From Oleiphilaceae bacterium (GTDB lineage Bacteria > Pseudomonadota > Gammaproteobacteria > Pseudomonadales > Oleiphilaceae), in contig JAWUYI010000074.1 in assembly GCA_034110885.1 (NCBI GenBank), positions 405 to 64,404 on the forward strand: a DNA stretch of 64,000 nt, read 5' to 3'. This document shows positions 1-9,180 of this stretch, in pieces. The position numbers and the translations under genes were made by a program. The notes under the pieces were generated by a model. That model had not been told where the DNA came from. It worked only from the letters and a program-made list of their open reading frames with translations, and did no database searches. Positions within the stretch are counted from its first letter, which is position 1, and every line of letters starts with the position of its first letter.

Positions 1-447
1 ATTGAGATCTGTTAATAAGACATTTTCAACACCAGGCTTCTGGACCTTTATAACAACATCCTCTCCGGTCAGAAGCGTCGCCGCATGGACCTGAGCGATA
101 GATGCTGACGCAAGTGGTTTAGGGTCCACAAAACTGTACACTCGGTCTAGAGAGCACCCCAGTTCAGACTCAATAATCTTTTTAACTACATCAAACTCAA
201 ACGGCTTTGTTTGATCAAGACAGTGCTGGAATTCTTCGACGTAATCCTTCGGAAAAAAAGTTGGGGAGCTCGCAATAAACTGTCCGAGTTTAATATAAGT
301 AGCTCCTAGCTCTTCAAATACACGACGTAACAAAACAGCGCTTGGAGGTCGGTTTCCCGCAATCCACTTAACGCTATTCTTGCCCAATACTGCCGCTGTC
401 TGCGACAACCTTAAAGAACCTTTCAAGGAATTTATTAAAAGTCCCAC
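1..447 (-). CDS. ABC1/UbiB-family atypical kinase, N-terminal part (gene continues past window start)
   Basis: Not in the ORF track because it runs off the window. My minus-strand translation starts at GTG (complement of 445-447), with GGAAGG just upstream and 23 nt after the dnaN stop, and stays open to base 1. It reads VGLLINSLKGS...VFEELGATYIKLGQFIASSPTFFPKDYVEEFQHCLDQ...PLASASIAQVHAATLLTGEDVVIKVQKPGV, the LGxxxIKxGQ / PxASASIAQVH / VxIKVQxPG pattern of ABC1/UbiB kinases. Confidence 0.75.
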   Translation of the reverse strand, partial: MGLLINSLKGSLRLSQTAAVLGKNSVKWIAGNRPPSAVLLRRVFEELGATYIKLGQFIASSPTFFPKDYVEEFQHCLDQTKPFEFDVVKKIIESELGCSLDRVYSFVDPKPLASASIAQVHAATLLTGEDVVIKVQKPGVENVLLTDLN

Positions 448-470
448 TATTACTACCTTCCAGTTAAGTA

Positions 471-1574
471 TTAGAGCCGCATCGGCATAACAACGTACAA
501 ACTGCCATCTTCTTCAGACGGTTCGATCAAAGCGGATGAACTAGAATTAGAAAACGTTAGCTTTACACTATCCTCCTTAATCGTATTCATAACATCAATT
601 AAGTAACTTACGTTAAAGCCAATTTGCAGGTCACTACCCTCGTAAATAACGTCAAGGCTATCTTCAGCTTGTTCATGCTCTGGGTTATTAGCAAATACTT
701 GAATCGTTCCATTGCTTAAGTGCAATTGCACACCACGAATATTTTCGTGAGAAAGAATACTTGCACGCGCAAACATACCCTTAAGCGCTTCCCGGTCAGC
801 AACAACGAACTTGTCACCACCTTGAGGAATAACACGGCTGTAGTCGGGGAATTTCCCATCGATAAGCTTGGAAGTAAATCGGTAATTACCAATCTGTGAC
901 TGTATATGACTGTCGCCAATAGAAACCACCACATCATTATCAATATCTGATAAAAGCCGTCCAAACTCGATTACACCCTTACGAGGTACAATAACCTGTT
1001 TTACTTGGTCTATCGTTTGATCTGTAGCGGTCTCGGCCAATGCTAACCTATGCCCATCTGTTGCAACCGTCTTAACGTAATGGCTGCCTATCTCTAAAAG
1101 CATACCGTTTAAGTAATACCGCACATCTTGCTGAGCCATCGCAAAAGCTGTTGAATCTAACATTGCTTTAAAATCTTTCTCACTAAAGCGAACTTCAATA
1201 TCTTGCTGGTTATCTTCAGTGTTAGGAAACTGATCTGCAGGCAAGGTCGATAAAGTGAAATGACTCTTACCTGACCGTAAATGCACCTTACCATCTTCGA
1301 GCGAAAAGTCGACGAGGCTATCATTGGGTAAAGATTTACAAATCTCGGACAACTTTCGCGCGGGAACTGTTATGCGCCCGTCTGAAAGAATGGTCGTTCC
1401 ATCTAAAGTGCAGACTAACTCTACTTCCATATTAGTGCCGGTTAAGCTGACGCTTCCGTTCTCGGCTATCACTAAAATATTAGACAATACTGGCATTGTT
1501 TGCTTGCGCTCAACCACGCCAGAAATAATCTGCAAAGGGCTTAAAATATCGTCTCGGCTGATACTAAATTTCAT
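471..1574 (-). CDS. dnaN: DNA polymerase III beta sliding clamp
   Basis: ORF track, 367 aa. N-terminus MKFSISRDDILSPLQ..VVERKQTMPVLSNILV and C-terminus YVVMPMRL are typical of the beta clamp. It lies 17 nt downstream of dnaA. Confidence 0.97.
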   Translation of the reverse strand: MKFSISRDDILSPLQIISGVVERKQTMPVLSNILVIAENGSVSLTGTNMEVELVCTLDGTTILSDGRITVPARKLSEICKSLPNDSLVDFSLEDGKVHLRSGKSHFTLSTLPADQFPNTEDNQQDIEVRFSEKDFKAMLDSTAFAMAQQDVRYYLNGMLLEIGSHYVKTVATDGHRLALAETATDQTIDQVKQVIVPRKGVIEFGRLLSDIDNDVVVSIGDSHIQSQIGNYRFTSKLIDGKFPDYSRVIPQGGDKFVVADREALKGMFARASILSHENIRGVQLHLSNGTIQVFANNPEHEQAEDSLDVIYEGSDLQIGFNVSYLIDVMNTIKEDSVKLTFSNSSSSALIEPSEEDGSLYVVMPMRL

Positions 1575-1591
1575 TATTGAATTGCCTTGAA

Positions 1592-3016
1592 TTACATTGT
1601 TAATGTTCGCATAAAATTATTATGGTCTTCTCGTATACTTGATTCTGTATCTCTCAGTTCTTTTATCTTACGGCACGCATGCAATACTGTCGTATGATCT
1701 CGACCACCAAAGGCAACACCAATTTCCGGTAGGCTATGATTAGTTAACTCTTTGGATAAATACATTGCCATTTGCCTAGGCCTTGCAATAGACCGTGTGC
1801 GTGTTCTAGACAAAAGCTCTACTACTTTAATCTTATAGTAGTCAGCAACTGTTCTCTGAATATTTTCTATGCTGACTTGTTTGTCATGCACTGCTAGCAA
1901 GTCTTTCAAACTTTCTCTAATGAACAGAGGGGTAATTTCACTGCCTGTAAAGTGAGCATTGGCAGCAACCAACTTAAGAGCCCCTTCTAACTCTCTGACA
2001 TTTGAACGAATCTTCTGCGCAATAAAAAATGCAGATTCACTACTTAGAATAACATTGTTCTGCTGAGCTTTTTTCATCAGTATCGCAACCCGAGTTTCTA
2101 ACTCTGGGGGCTCGACCATTACAGTTAAACCCCAACCAAATCGAGATTTCAAACGGTCTTCCATCTTATCAATTTCTTTAGGATACCGGTCGCAGGTCAG
2201 AATCATCTGTTGCCCACCCTCTAAAAGAGCATTGAAGGTATGAAAAAACTCTTCTTGGGAGCGCTCCTTGCCTGCAAAAAATTGTATATCATCAATTAAT
2301 AGAGCGTCTACCGAACGATAAAAACGCTTGAACTCGTTAAATGCATTCAGCTGCATTGCTTTAACCATATCAGCAACAAAACGCTCTGAATGCAGGTAAA
2401 CGACCTTTGCATTGGGATCACGACGTTTAATCTCATTTCCAATAGAGTGCATTAAGTGTGTTTTACCTAAACCTACACCCCCGTATAAAAATAAGGGATT
2501 ATAAGACTCACCAGGGTTTTCTGTCACTTGAACTGACGCTGCTCGAGCAATCTGATTGGATTTACCCTCAACAAATGTGTCAAAGGTAAAATTGGGGTTC
2601 AAGTTACTTTTGTGATTAACCGCACTCTCAGAGTTTATTGGCCGTTTATCGTTAGACGGAGTATTCACCGGGCCACCTTCTATAACCCGAGGGCTTTGCG
2701 AATTCTGAAATATATCCGTTTTGAGTGCTTTAGTAGGGCTGGTCTTTGTAACTTTAGGCTCTTCTCTATTTCGTTTAGCTTGCCCGATTCTCAAAGATAC
2801 GCGACAGTTTCCACCTGCTACTTCCTTAACAAGCTCGTTAATCCGGCTTAGGTAACGCTGTTCAACGAAATCAACCACAAATCTGTTCGGTGCAAATAAG
2901 GTCAGGGTGTCGTCTAAATGTTCTCCCTGAAGCGGCCTTAACCACATATTAAACTGTTCAACTGTTTCTTCGTCTTGTAAGGTCGACAAACAATCATTCC
3001 AAACTTTCTGTGACAT
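1592..3016 (-). CDS. dnaA: chromosomal replication initiator DnaA
   Basis: ORF track 1592..3064. Walker [11 protein letters not shown], Walker B LLIDDIQF and the C-terminal DnaA-box-binding region ([11 protein letters not shown]). I place the start at ATG 3016 ([13 protein letters not shown], the usual DnaA N-terminus). The ATG at 3064 is the alternative. Confidence 0.95.
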   Translation of the reverse strand: MSQKVWNDCLSTLQDEETVEQFNMWLRPLQGEHLDDTLTLFAPNRFVVDFVEQRYLSRINELVKEVAGGNCRVSLRIGQAKRNREEPKVTKTSPTKALKTDIFQNSQSPRVIEGGPVNTPSNDKRPINSESAVNHKSNLNPNFTFDTFVEGKSNQIARAASVQVTENPGESYNPLFLYGGVGLGKTHLMHSIGNEIKRRDPNAKVVYLHSERFVADMVKAMQLNAFNEFKRFYRSVDALLIDDIQFFAGKERSQEEFFHTFNALLEGGQQMILTCDRYPKEIDKMEDRLKSRFGWGLTVMVEPPELETRVAILMKKAQQNNVILSSESAFFIAQKIRSNVRELEGALKLVAANAHFTGSEITPLFIRESLKDLLAVHDKQVSIENIQRTVADYYKIKVVELLSRTRTRSIARPRQMAMYLSKELTNHSLPEIGVAFGGRDHTTVLHACRKIKELRDTESSIREDHNNFMRTLTM

Positions 3017-3326
3017 TGAGTTCTCGGCTGAAGCATTGGCGCGCTTAGCTACCAACACTTGCATTAGAATTTAGAAATTAATCATTCAAGTAGCTATATA
3101 GACATAGTTACTTTCATCGCTATTTTAACCCGTGCTGTTGTTGCCTATGTTATCGATAATGTCGCGCATGAACTTATTATGATTCTATTGATCAACAACA
3201 CTAACTATAACGACCGCTATTCTAAACACTCTGCAATCACTATTCTAGTGTCAAGAATAAAGTAATAAACAGGCTGTTAATAACTTTATTTTTAAATATC
3301 ATATATTTACCTACTTACCAACACCC

Positions 3327-3543
3327 TTGTGCACAAAATTAAATTTGTAAATATCAACAAAAAACAAAAAGAAGTAACCATTCACTAACTTGTGGAAAAC
3401 CCCATGTAAAAGTCTGTGGAAAAAACCAGCCTCAAGTTATCCAAGTTCTATGCACGAGTTATAACGGGTATCTACAAGACTTAAGCATGTACTTACTAAC
3501 GCGACAAATTATTGTTTTTCATATAAAAATTCTGGTTGTCCAC
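3327..3543. promoter_or_regulatory. cluster of DnaA-box-like 9-mers
   Basis: Compared with the consensus TTATCCACA/TGTGGATAA: TGTGCACAA 3327-3335 (2 mismatches), TGTGGAAAA 3390-3398 and 3414-3422 (1 mismatch each, direct repeats 24 bp apart), TTATCCAAG 3436-3444 (2 mismatches), TTGTCCACA 3535-3543 (1 mismatch). Confidence 0.55.
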
Positions 3544-3630
3544 AAAAAATGGCCCCACTAATAACTATATATAATAAAAAGACCTATAAATTAATTAGTT
3601 TAAAAGACTTAAACCTTAGATAAAAAAAGA

Positions 3631-3659
3631 TTTGAATTCTCTTGTTAAAAAACATACAA
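3631..3659 (+). promoter_or_regulatory. putative sigma70 promoter of the rpmH operon
   Basis: TTGAAT (3631-3636), 17-nt spacer, TACAAT (3654-3659), about 44 nt upstream of the rpmH ATG. Confidence 0.4.
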
Positions 3660-3702
3660 TCCGCTCCCTAAATTTTTGGCAACCTGATTTGTGAGTATTG
3701 CA

Positions 3703-3838
3703 AATGAAAAGAACATTCCAACCTAGCGTCCTGAAGCGTAAGCGTACACACGGTTTCCGAGCTCGCATGGCAACAAAAAGCGGCCGTCAGATCCTAGCTC
3801 GACGTCGTGCAAAAGGTCGTAAAGTCCTAAGCGCATAA
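3703..3838 (+). CDS. rpmH: 50S ribosomal protein L34; reading frame interrupted by an apparent 1-nt insertion
   Basis: Below the ORF-track size cutoff, so translated by hand. ATG 3703 gives [26 protein letters not shown]. The conserved C-terminus [21 protein letters not shown] (3782-3838) sits in the +1 frame. The whole span is 136 nt. Confidence 0.85.
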
Positions 3839-3850
3839 GTTTTCCAAACT

Positions 3851-4213
3851 ATGACCCCAAGTCATAGCTTTCCTAAATCGCTACGTTTGCTGAATGCTCA
3901 GGATTACTCTCGAGTTTTCAGTGACGTCGATTTAAGAGTTTCAAGCAGTCACTTCCTCATACTTTCAAAACCTCTAGATAATCTCAAACCTAGACTCGGA
4001 ATTATTGTTGCTAAAAAACACGTCAAATTGGCGGTTAATCGCAACAAGATTAAACGACAGTTGAGAGAAACTTTCAGAAGCAAACAGCATACTCTGCCCT
4101 CTTTAGATCTCGTAGTCCTAGCTAAAAAAGGCGCCGGAGACTTAGATCGTGAAGCAATTCGAAAAGAACTAGACTTTCTTTGGCGAAAACTAAAACAAAA
4201 AGCGAAATCATAG
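3851..4213 (+). CDS. rnpA: ribonuclease P protein component
   Basis: ORF track, 120 aa. Basic protein with the RNR-type motif KKHVKLAVNRNKIKRQLRE, in the conserved position after rpmH. Confidence 0.93.
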   Translation: MTPSHSFPKSLRLLNAQDYSRVFSDVDLRVSSSHFLILSKPLDNLKPRLGIIVAKKHVKLAVNRNKIKRQLRETFRSKQHTLPSLDLVVLAKKGAGDLDREAIRKELDFLWRKLKQKAKS

Positions 4214-4257
4214 TAGAATCTGCCGAACTTTAATTTTTACTGTTTGTAAGCACTTAC

Positions 4258-4497
4258 ATGAAACGAATACTTTCGGCCATAATAAAGTTGTACCAATATA
4301 TTATTAGTCCAATGCTAGGGCCGTCCTGTCGTTTTACTCCTACCTGTTCGCAATATGCCCATGAGAGCATTGAAGAGCATGGTAGCCTTTATGGAAGTGT
4401 TTTAGCCGTGCGTCGCTTATGTCGTTGTCATCCTGGTTGTCAGGGTGGTTATGATCCGGTACCTAAACGACGTTCAAACAGTGATAGTGATTCCTAA
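4258..4497 (+). CDS. yidD: membrane protein insertion efficiency factor YidD
   Basis: ORF track, 79 aa. LYQYIISPMLGPSCRFTPTCSQYAHESIEEHG...CHPGCQGGYDPVP is the YidD signature, and the gene sits between rnpA and yidC. Confidence 0.93.
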   Translation: MKRILSAIIKLYQYIISPMLGPSCRFTPTCSQYAHESIEEHGSLYGSVLAVRRLCRCHPGCQGGYDPVPKRRSNSDSDS

Positions 4498-4532
4498 CGA
4501 CTATTTTTAATCAAACTTGGTAACAAAAATTC

Positions 4533-6200
4533 ATGGATATCCGACGTAGTATAATTTTCATTGGCTTAGCGGTCGTGTCCTATCTTTTAGTTCTCGAATG
4601 GAACAAAGATTATGGACAAGTTAAGGCATCTGCACCCGCAGCAGCTCAACAATCCTTAGATTCCAGCAATCTATCTAACTCGGCTCTTCCATCAGATGAA
4701 TTTGATACGCCAGAAGAAGCTCAGCAAGTAACATCAAACCAAAATGACAAAGTCTCTCGGAACACTTCTTCGGTGATAAATGTCAAAACAGATGTTTTCG
4801 ATCTAAATATCACCACTTCGGGTGGAAATATATCCTCAGCATATTTGCTTCAGTATGATGAAACCCTAGGTTCTGAAAATCCGCTCGCTTTATTAGAAAG
4901 TAATCAGAATCTTTACTACGTTGTTGAAAGTGGGTTGTTTGGAAAAAATGGTTTTGATGCGTCTAAAAATGGTTCAACGCCAGTTTATAGTGCGACCAGT
5001 AAGAATTTTGATATGGGTGAAGAGGATGTTTTGGTTGTTGACCTGAATTATGCTTCAGATAATGGCGTACAGCTTATTAAGCGCTATACCTTTGAGCGTG
5101 ATAGTTATCAGATCAAGGTCGATTATTTGATTAACAACCAATCTGACCAGCCATTTGAAGCAAACTTTTCCGGTAAAATTGTTCGTGACAGATCAGGTGA
5201 CCCTTCTAGCCAAAATAGCATGGGAATGCAGTCATATTTAGGAATGGTTCTATCTAGCAAGGAAGAACCATACGAGAAAATTGATTTTGACGATATGCTC
5301 GAGGCGCCAGTTAATAATCAGGTTCAAGGTGGTTGGTTAGCATTTATTCAACATTACTTTATTACCGCTTGGATTCCGAACGATACGGTAACTCAGACTT
5401 ATCAGAGTAGAGTTCGTAATGGACTTTACTTAATGGGCTTTATTAGCCCTGCAACGATTGTTGAAGCAAACTCTGAAGGTAGCGTTGGGGCAACCCTCTA
5501 TGTTGGACCTAAGATCATTGAACGCCTAGAGCAAGTGGCTGACAGGTTAGATTTGACGGTTGATTACGGCTGGTTGTTCTTTATTGCGTATCCGCTTTTC
5601 TTGTTACTAGATTTTCTTCATGGCTTAGTGATGAACTGGGGTGTCGCAATCATCCTAGTAACTCTATGTGTGAAAGCAGTGTTCTTCAAACTGTCTGCAG
5701 CAAGCTATCGCTCAATGGCCAATATGCGTCGAGTGGCACCAAAACTTACATCCCTTAAAGATCAATACGGTGATGATCGCCAAAAGATGTCTCAGGCGAT
5801 GATGGAATTGTACAAAAAAGAAAAGATCAACCCTCTAGGCGGCTGTCTGCCAATTCTTGTACAGATGCCCGTTTTTATTGCTTTGTATTGGGTACTTCTA
5901 GAAAGCGTCCAGTTACGTCATGCTCCCTTCATGTGGTGGATTCATGATATGTCTGTTCAAGATCCATACTTTGTCTTACCTATTTTGATGGGTATTAGTA
6001 TGTTTGTGCAGATGCAGTTAAACCCGACCCCTCCTGACCCGATGCAAGCTCGAATTATGAAGATAATGCCTGTAATGATGACAGTGTTCTTCTTGTGGTT
6101 CCCTTCAGGTCTAGTATTGTACTGGCTTGTGAACAACTTATTGTCGATTGCTCAGCAGTGGGTAATTACTCGACAAATTGAAAACGGCGCTAAGTCCTAG
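4533..6200 (+). CDS. yidC: membrane protein insertase YidC
   Basis: ORF track, 555 aa. N-terminal TM segment, large periplasmic domain, and the C-terminal insertase core (KINPLGGCLPILVQMPVFIALYWVL, FPSGLVLYWLVNNLLSIAQQ). Confidence 0.96.
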   Translation: MDIRRSIIFIGLAVVSYLLVLEWNKDYGQVKASAPAAAQQSLDSSNLSNSALPSDEFDTPEEAQQVTSNQNDKVSRNTSSVINVKTDVFDLNITTSGGNISSAYLLQYDETLGSENPLALLESNQNLYYVVESGLFGKNGFDASKNGSTPVYSATSKNFDMGEEDVLVVDLNYASDNGVQLIKRYTFERDSYQIKVDYLINNQSDQPFEANFSGKIVRDRSGDPSSQNSMGMQSYLGMVLSSKEEPYEKIDFDDMLEAPVNNQVQGGWLAFIQHYFITAWIPNDTVTQTYQSRVRNGLYLMGFISPATIVEANSEGSVGATLYVGPKIIERLEQVADRLDLTVDYGWLFFIAYPLFLLLDFLHGLVMNWGVAIILVTLCVKAVFFKLSAASYRSMANMRRVAPKLTSLKDQYGDDRQKMSQAMMELYKKEKINPLGGCLPILVQMPVFIALYWVLLESVQLRHAPFMWWIHDMSVQDPYFVLPILMGISMFVQMQLNPTPPDPMQARIMKIMPVMMTVFFLWFPSGLVLYWLVNNLLSIAQQWVITRQIENGAKS

Positions 6201-6207
6201 TACTTAA

Positions 6208-7575
6208 ATGTCAGATTATTACGACGACACCATCGCAGCTATAGCCACCGCCGCTGGTCGCGGTGGTGTTGGAATTGTGCGTGTTTCTGGTCCCAAAGCC
6301 TACGAGATAGCTGCTCAAATTGTAGGCTATCAACCCAAGGTTCGACACGCCCACTTTAGCCCTTTTTATGACTCTTCAGGTTCAATTCTTGATCACGGTA
6401 TAGGTTTATACTTTAAAGCACCTCAATCATTTACAGGCGAAGATGTTTTTGAACTCCAAGGACACGGCGGCCCTGTTGTTCTAGATCTTTTGCTTCAAAC
6501 CTGTTTAAAATTTGGTGCTCGATTGGCAGACCCAGGTGAGTTTTCACAGCGCGCCTTTCTGAATGACAAAATTGATTTGGTTCAGGCTGAAGCCATTGCA
6601 GACCTAATCAATAGCACCTCAGAAAAAGCAGCGCGCAGCGCACTAAGGTCCTTAGAAGGGCACTTCTCTAAGCAGATTAATGAAATTACGAACGATTTAA
6701 TAAAAATAAGAATGTTTGTTGAAGCAGCTATAGATTTTCCTGAAGAAGAAATTGATTTCCTTAAAGACTCAGAAGTTTTATCACAGCTCGATGAGCTAAT
6801 TAATACGCTAGAGTTATTGCTTAGCAAAGCCAGTCAAGGTGCTCTCCTTAGCGAGGGAATTAGAGTGGTCATAGCAGGACGCCCAAATGCTGGAAAATCG
6901 AGCCTATTGAACGCTCTTGCAGGACGAGAGTCAGCGATTGTTACTGACATAGAAGGAACAACTCGTGATGTACTTAAAGAACAAATAAGTATTGATGGTA
7001 TGCCGCTGCATATTATTGATACCGCAGGATTACGTGAAAGTGACGATAAGGTTGAACAAATTGGTATTCAAAGAGCGTGGGAAGAAATTAATCAGGCCGA
7101 TATTATTTTGCTTGTTTACGATGGCATCTCTGAACCGAACTTTGATCCAAAGATAGATTGGTCTGATTTTCTTAACCGCTTAGCGAAAACAGATCACCTA
7201 GTGTTGGTGCAAAACAAAATCGACCAGTTTGAAGTGCAGTCAGGTATTTCAGAGTCTGCAGGTTTTCCATTAGTAAATCTCTCTGCAAAGACAGAAGACG
7301 GTATAGATTTTTTACGCGAATACCTTAAGAAGCAAGTTGGCTTTTCAAGTAATGCAGAAGGCACATTTACAGCGCGACGTAGACATCTAGAAGCCATCGA
7401 ACTTGCTCTAGAGCACGTAGGATTGGGTCGCAATCAACTTGTTACAGCAAATGCTGGCGAGTTGTTAGCTGAGGATTTACGCTTAGCGCAAGATGCCTTG
7501 GGTAATATTACTGGAAAGTTTACGGCCGACGATTTACTCGGTGAAATTTTTGGTAGCTTCTGTATTGGCAAATAA
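6208..7575 (+). CDS. mnmE: tRNA uridine-5-carboxymethylaminomethyl modification GTPase MnmE
   Basis: ORF track, 455 aa. G1 motif [25 protein letters not shown], and the C-terminal FCIGK tetrapeptide. Confidence 0.96.
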   Translation: MSDYYDDTIAAIATAAGRGGVGIVRVSGPKAYEIAAQIVGYQPKVRHAHFSPFYDSSGSILDHGIGLYFKAPQSFTGEDVFELQGHGGPVVLDLLLQTCLKFGARLADPGEFSQRAFLNDKIDLVQAEAIADLINSTSEKAARSALRSLEGHFSKQINEITNDLIKIRMFVEAAIDFPEEEIDFLKDSEVLSQLDELINTLELLLSKASQGALLSEGIRVVIAGRPNAGKSSLLNALAGRESAIVTDIEGTTRDVLKEQISIDGMPLHIIDTAGLRESDDKVEQIGIQRAWEEINQADIILLVYDGISEPNFDPKIDWSDFLNRLAKTDHLVLVQNKIDQFEVQSGISESAGFPLVNLSAKTEDGIDFLREYLKKQVGFSSNAEGTFTARRRHLEAIELALEHVGLGRNQLVTANAGELLAEDLRLAQDALGNITGKFTADDLLGEIFGSFCIGK

Positions 7576-7598
7576 TAACGCATAAAGGGAAGGTTAGG

Positions 7599-8870
7599 AT
7601 GAGTCAGGCTAGTCTGTTGAAACAAACGCGCTTTATGCCTCTCTTTATCACTCAGTTTTTTGGCGCGTTTAATGACAACGTGTTCAAAAATACGTTTATG
7701 CTGATTTTGGCATATAGTGCCGCCAATAAAGTTGGTATTGATAGTAACGTACTACTTAATCTAGCCGCTGGCCTTTTTATTCTGCCTTTTCTTTTGTTTT
7801 CAGGCATCGCTGGGGAAATTTCTGATCGCTACGAGAAGTCTTCTTTAGTTAGAAAAATTAAGTTTATTGAAGTTATTATCATGCTGATGGCTGCGATAGG
7901 TTTGTATTTTGAACAATACATCATTTTATTGTTTGTGCTTTTTTTAATGGGGGCTCAATCCACCATATTTGGGCCTATCAAATACGCCCTATTACCTCAA
8001 CACCTGCACAAAGATGAACTAATTGGCGGTAATGCTCTAATTGAAATGGCGACTTTTGTCGCTATTCTTCTAGGAACTATCTTTGCCGGCTTTATTCTAT
8101 TATTTGAAGAGCACCATCTAATTGCCGGTGTGTGTGTATTGTTATTTGCACTCATTGGATTTATTTCAAGTAAGAAAATTCCCTTTGCCTCGCCCTCTGA
8201 TCCAGACTTAAAAATCAACCCAAATTTTTTATCGAGTACTTGGAGTTTGGTAGTAACCATTCGTAAAGAAAAAGCGATTTTTAGATCTATTATAGCGATT
8301 TCATGGTTTTGGTTTTTAGGTGCATCTTACTTAACTCAGTTTCCGAATTTTGCGCGTGTCGTGTTAAATGGAGATACATTTTTAGTAACCACTTTACTCG
8401 CGTTGTTTACCCTAGGAATAGGCACGGGCTCTTTGCTGGTTGAAAGGCTCAGTCGGGGTCGAGCAACACAAAACCTGGTATATATAGGTTTAGTTGGATT
8501 AACTATTTTTGGTGCGGATCTGTTTTTTTCGATACCGGAAACTTCAGAAACCTCGGTTTCTTGGTGGCAGATGTTTGTACAACCTGTTTACTTCCGTATC
8601 GCAATCGATATTTTAGGCATTGGCATTTTTGGAGGTATATTTATTGTACCTCTGTACGCATTTGTACAAGCTAAAGCGCAAGAAAAATTTAGAGCCCGAA
8701 CAATTGCTGTGATCAACATTATTAATGCATTGTTTATGGTTAGCAGTGCAGGTGTAGCAATTGTTGTACTTGGCGTTCTGAATTGGACGATTCCACAATT
8801 CTTTTTGCTCTTAGCAATATTGAATTTGCCATTTTTGTTCTATTTAAGACGCCAAGTAATTGAAATATAA
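7599..8870 (+). CDS. lplT: MFS transporter, lysophospholipid-transporter (LplT)-like
   Basis: ORF track, 423 aa with about 12 hydrophobic segments. ITQFFGAFNDNVFK, PFLLFSGIAGEISDRYEKS, GPIKYALLPQHL..ELIGGNALIEMATFVAILLG and FIVPLYAFVQAKA parallel E. coli LplT blocks, judged from memory. Confidence 0.6.
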   Translation: MSQASLLKQTRFMPLFITQFFGAFNDNVFKNTFMLILAYSAANKVGIDSNVLLNLAAGLFILPFLLFSGIAGEISDRYEKSSLVRKIKFIEVIIMLMAAIGLYFEQYIILLFVLFLMGAQSTIFGPIKYALLPQHLHKDELIGGNALIEMATFVAILLGTIFAGFILLFEEHHLIAGVCVLLFALIGFISSKKIPFASPSDPDLKINPNFLSSTWSLVVTIRKEKAIFRSIIAISWFWFLGASYLTQFPNFARVVLNGDTFLVTTLLALFTLGIGTGSLLVERLSRGRATQNLVYIGLVGLTIFGADLFFSIPETSETSVSWWQMFVQPVYFRIAIDILGIGIFGGIFIVPLYAFVQAKAQEKFRARTIAVINIINALFMVSSAGVAIVVLGVLNWTIPQFFLLLAILNLPFLFYLRRQVIEI

Positions 8871-8905
8871 GAAATGATAAGCAATATAATCCTAAAAATT
8901 AAAAT

Positions 8906-9019
8906 TGTGGATAACTTTTGGCCAATATCCGGCTTTTTTGTTTTAAATTGTAAAAATGTATATTTTTCAGTTCCTTACAGCTGGTTTTTAAAAAGTTTTT
9001 TTACTCTATCTGTGGATAA
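8906..9019 (+). promoter_or_regulatory. two perfect DnaA boxes upstream of mnmG
   Basis: TGTGGATAA at 8906-8914 and again at 9011-9019, in the same orientation. They lie in the 310-bp AT-rich spacer before mnmG. A degenerate TGTGGACTA is at 9141-9149, next to a TATAAT at 9152-9157. Confidence 0.6.
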
Positions 9020-9180
9020 GTAGTAGGATAAGTCTGCCATAATTCTTCATATTTCATTCCTCTAAGCTAAAAAATAGCAATATTACTTATAGCAAGTATT
9101 AAATTGCTCAAAATTTGCACTATTTAAGGTGTAAAACACCTGTGGACTAATTATAATGCGCGGCTATTTTTTATTCCGAG

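Larger units (their letters stand above)
3065..3702. other. candidate oriC (dnaA-rpmH intergenic spacer, Pseudomonas-type position)
   Basis: A 640-bp non-coding, visibly AT-rich spacer between divergent dnaA and rpmH. It holds a cluster of DnaA-box-like 9-mers at 3327-3543. These are followed by three spaced A-rich repeats of the form AAAAGA(C)nT at about 3575-3584, 3601-3609 and 3621-3632, which could act as an unwinding element. Confidence 0.5.

Noticed and set aside
9141-9149. TGTGGACTA, considered as a third DnaA box upstream of mnmG.
   Set aside because: It has two mismatches in the conserved 3' half. I mention it only as context for the two perfect boxes.
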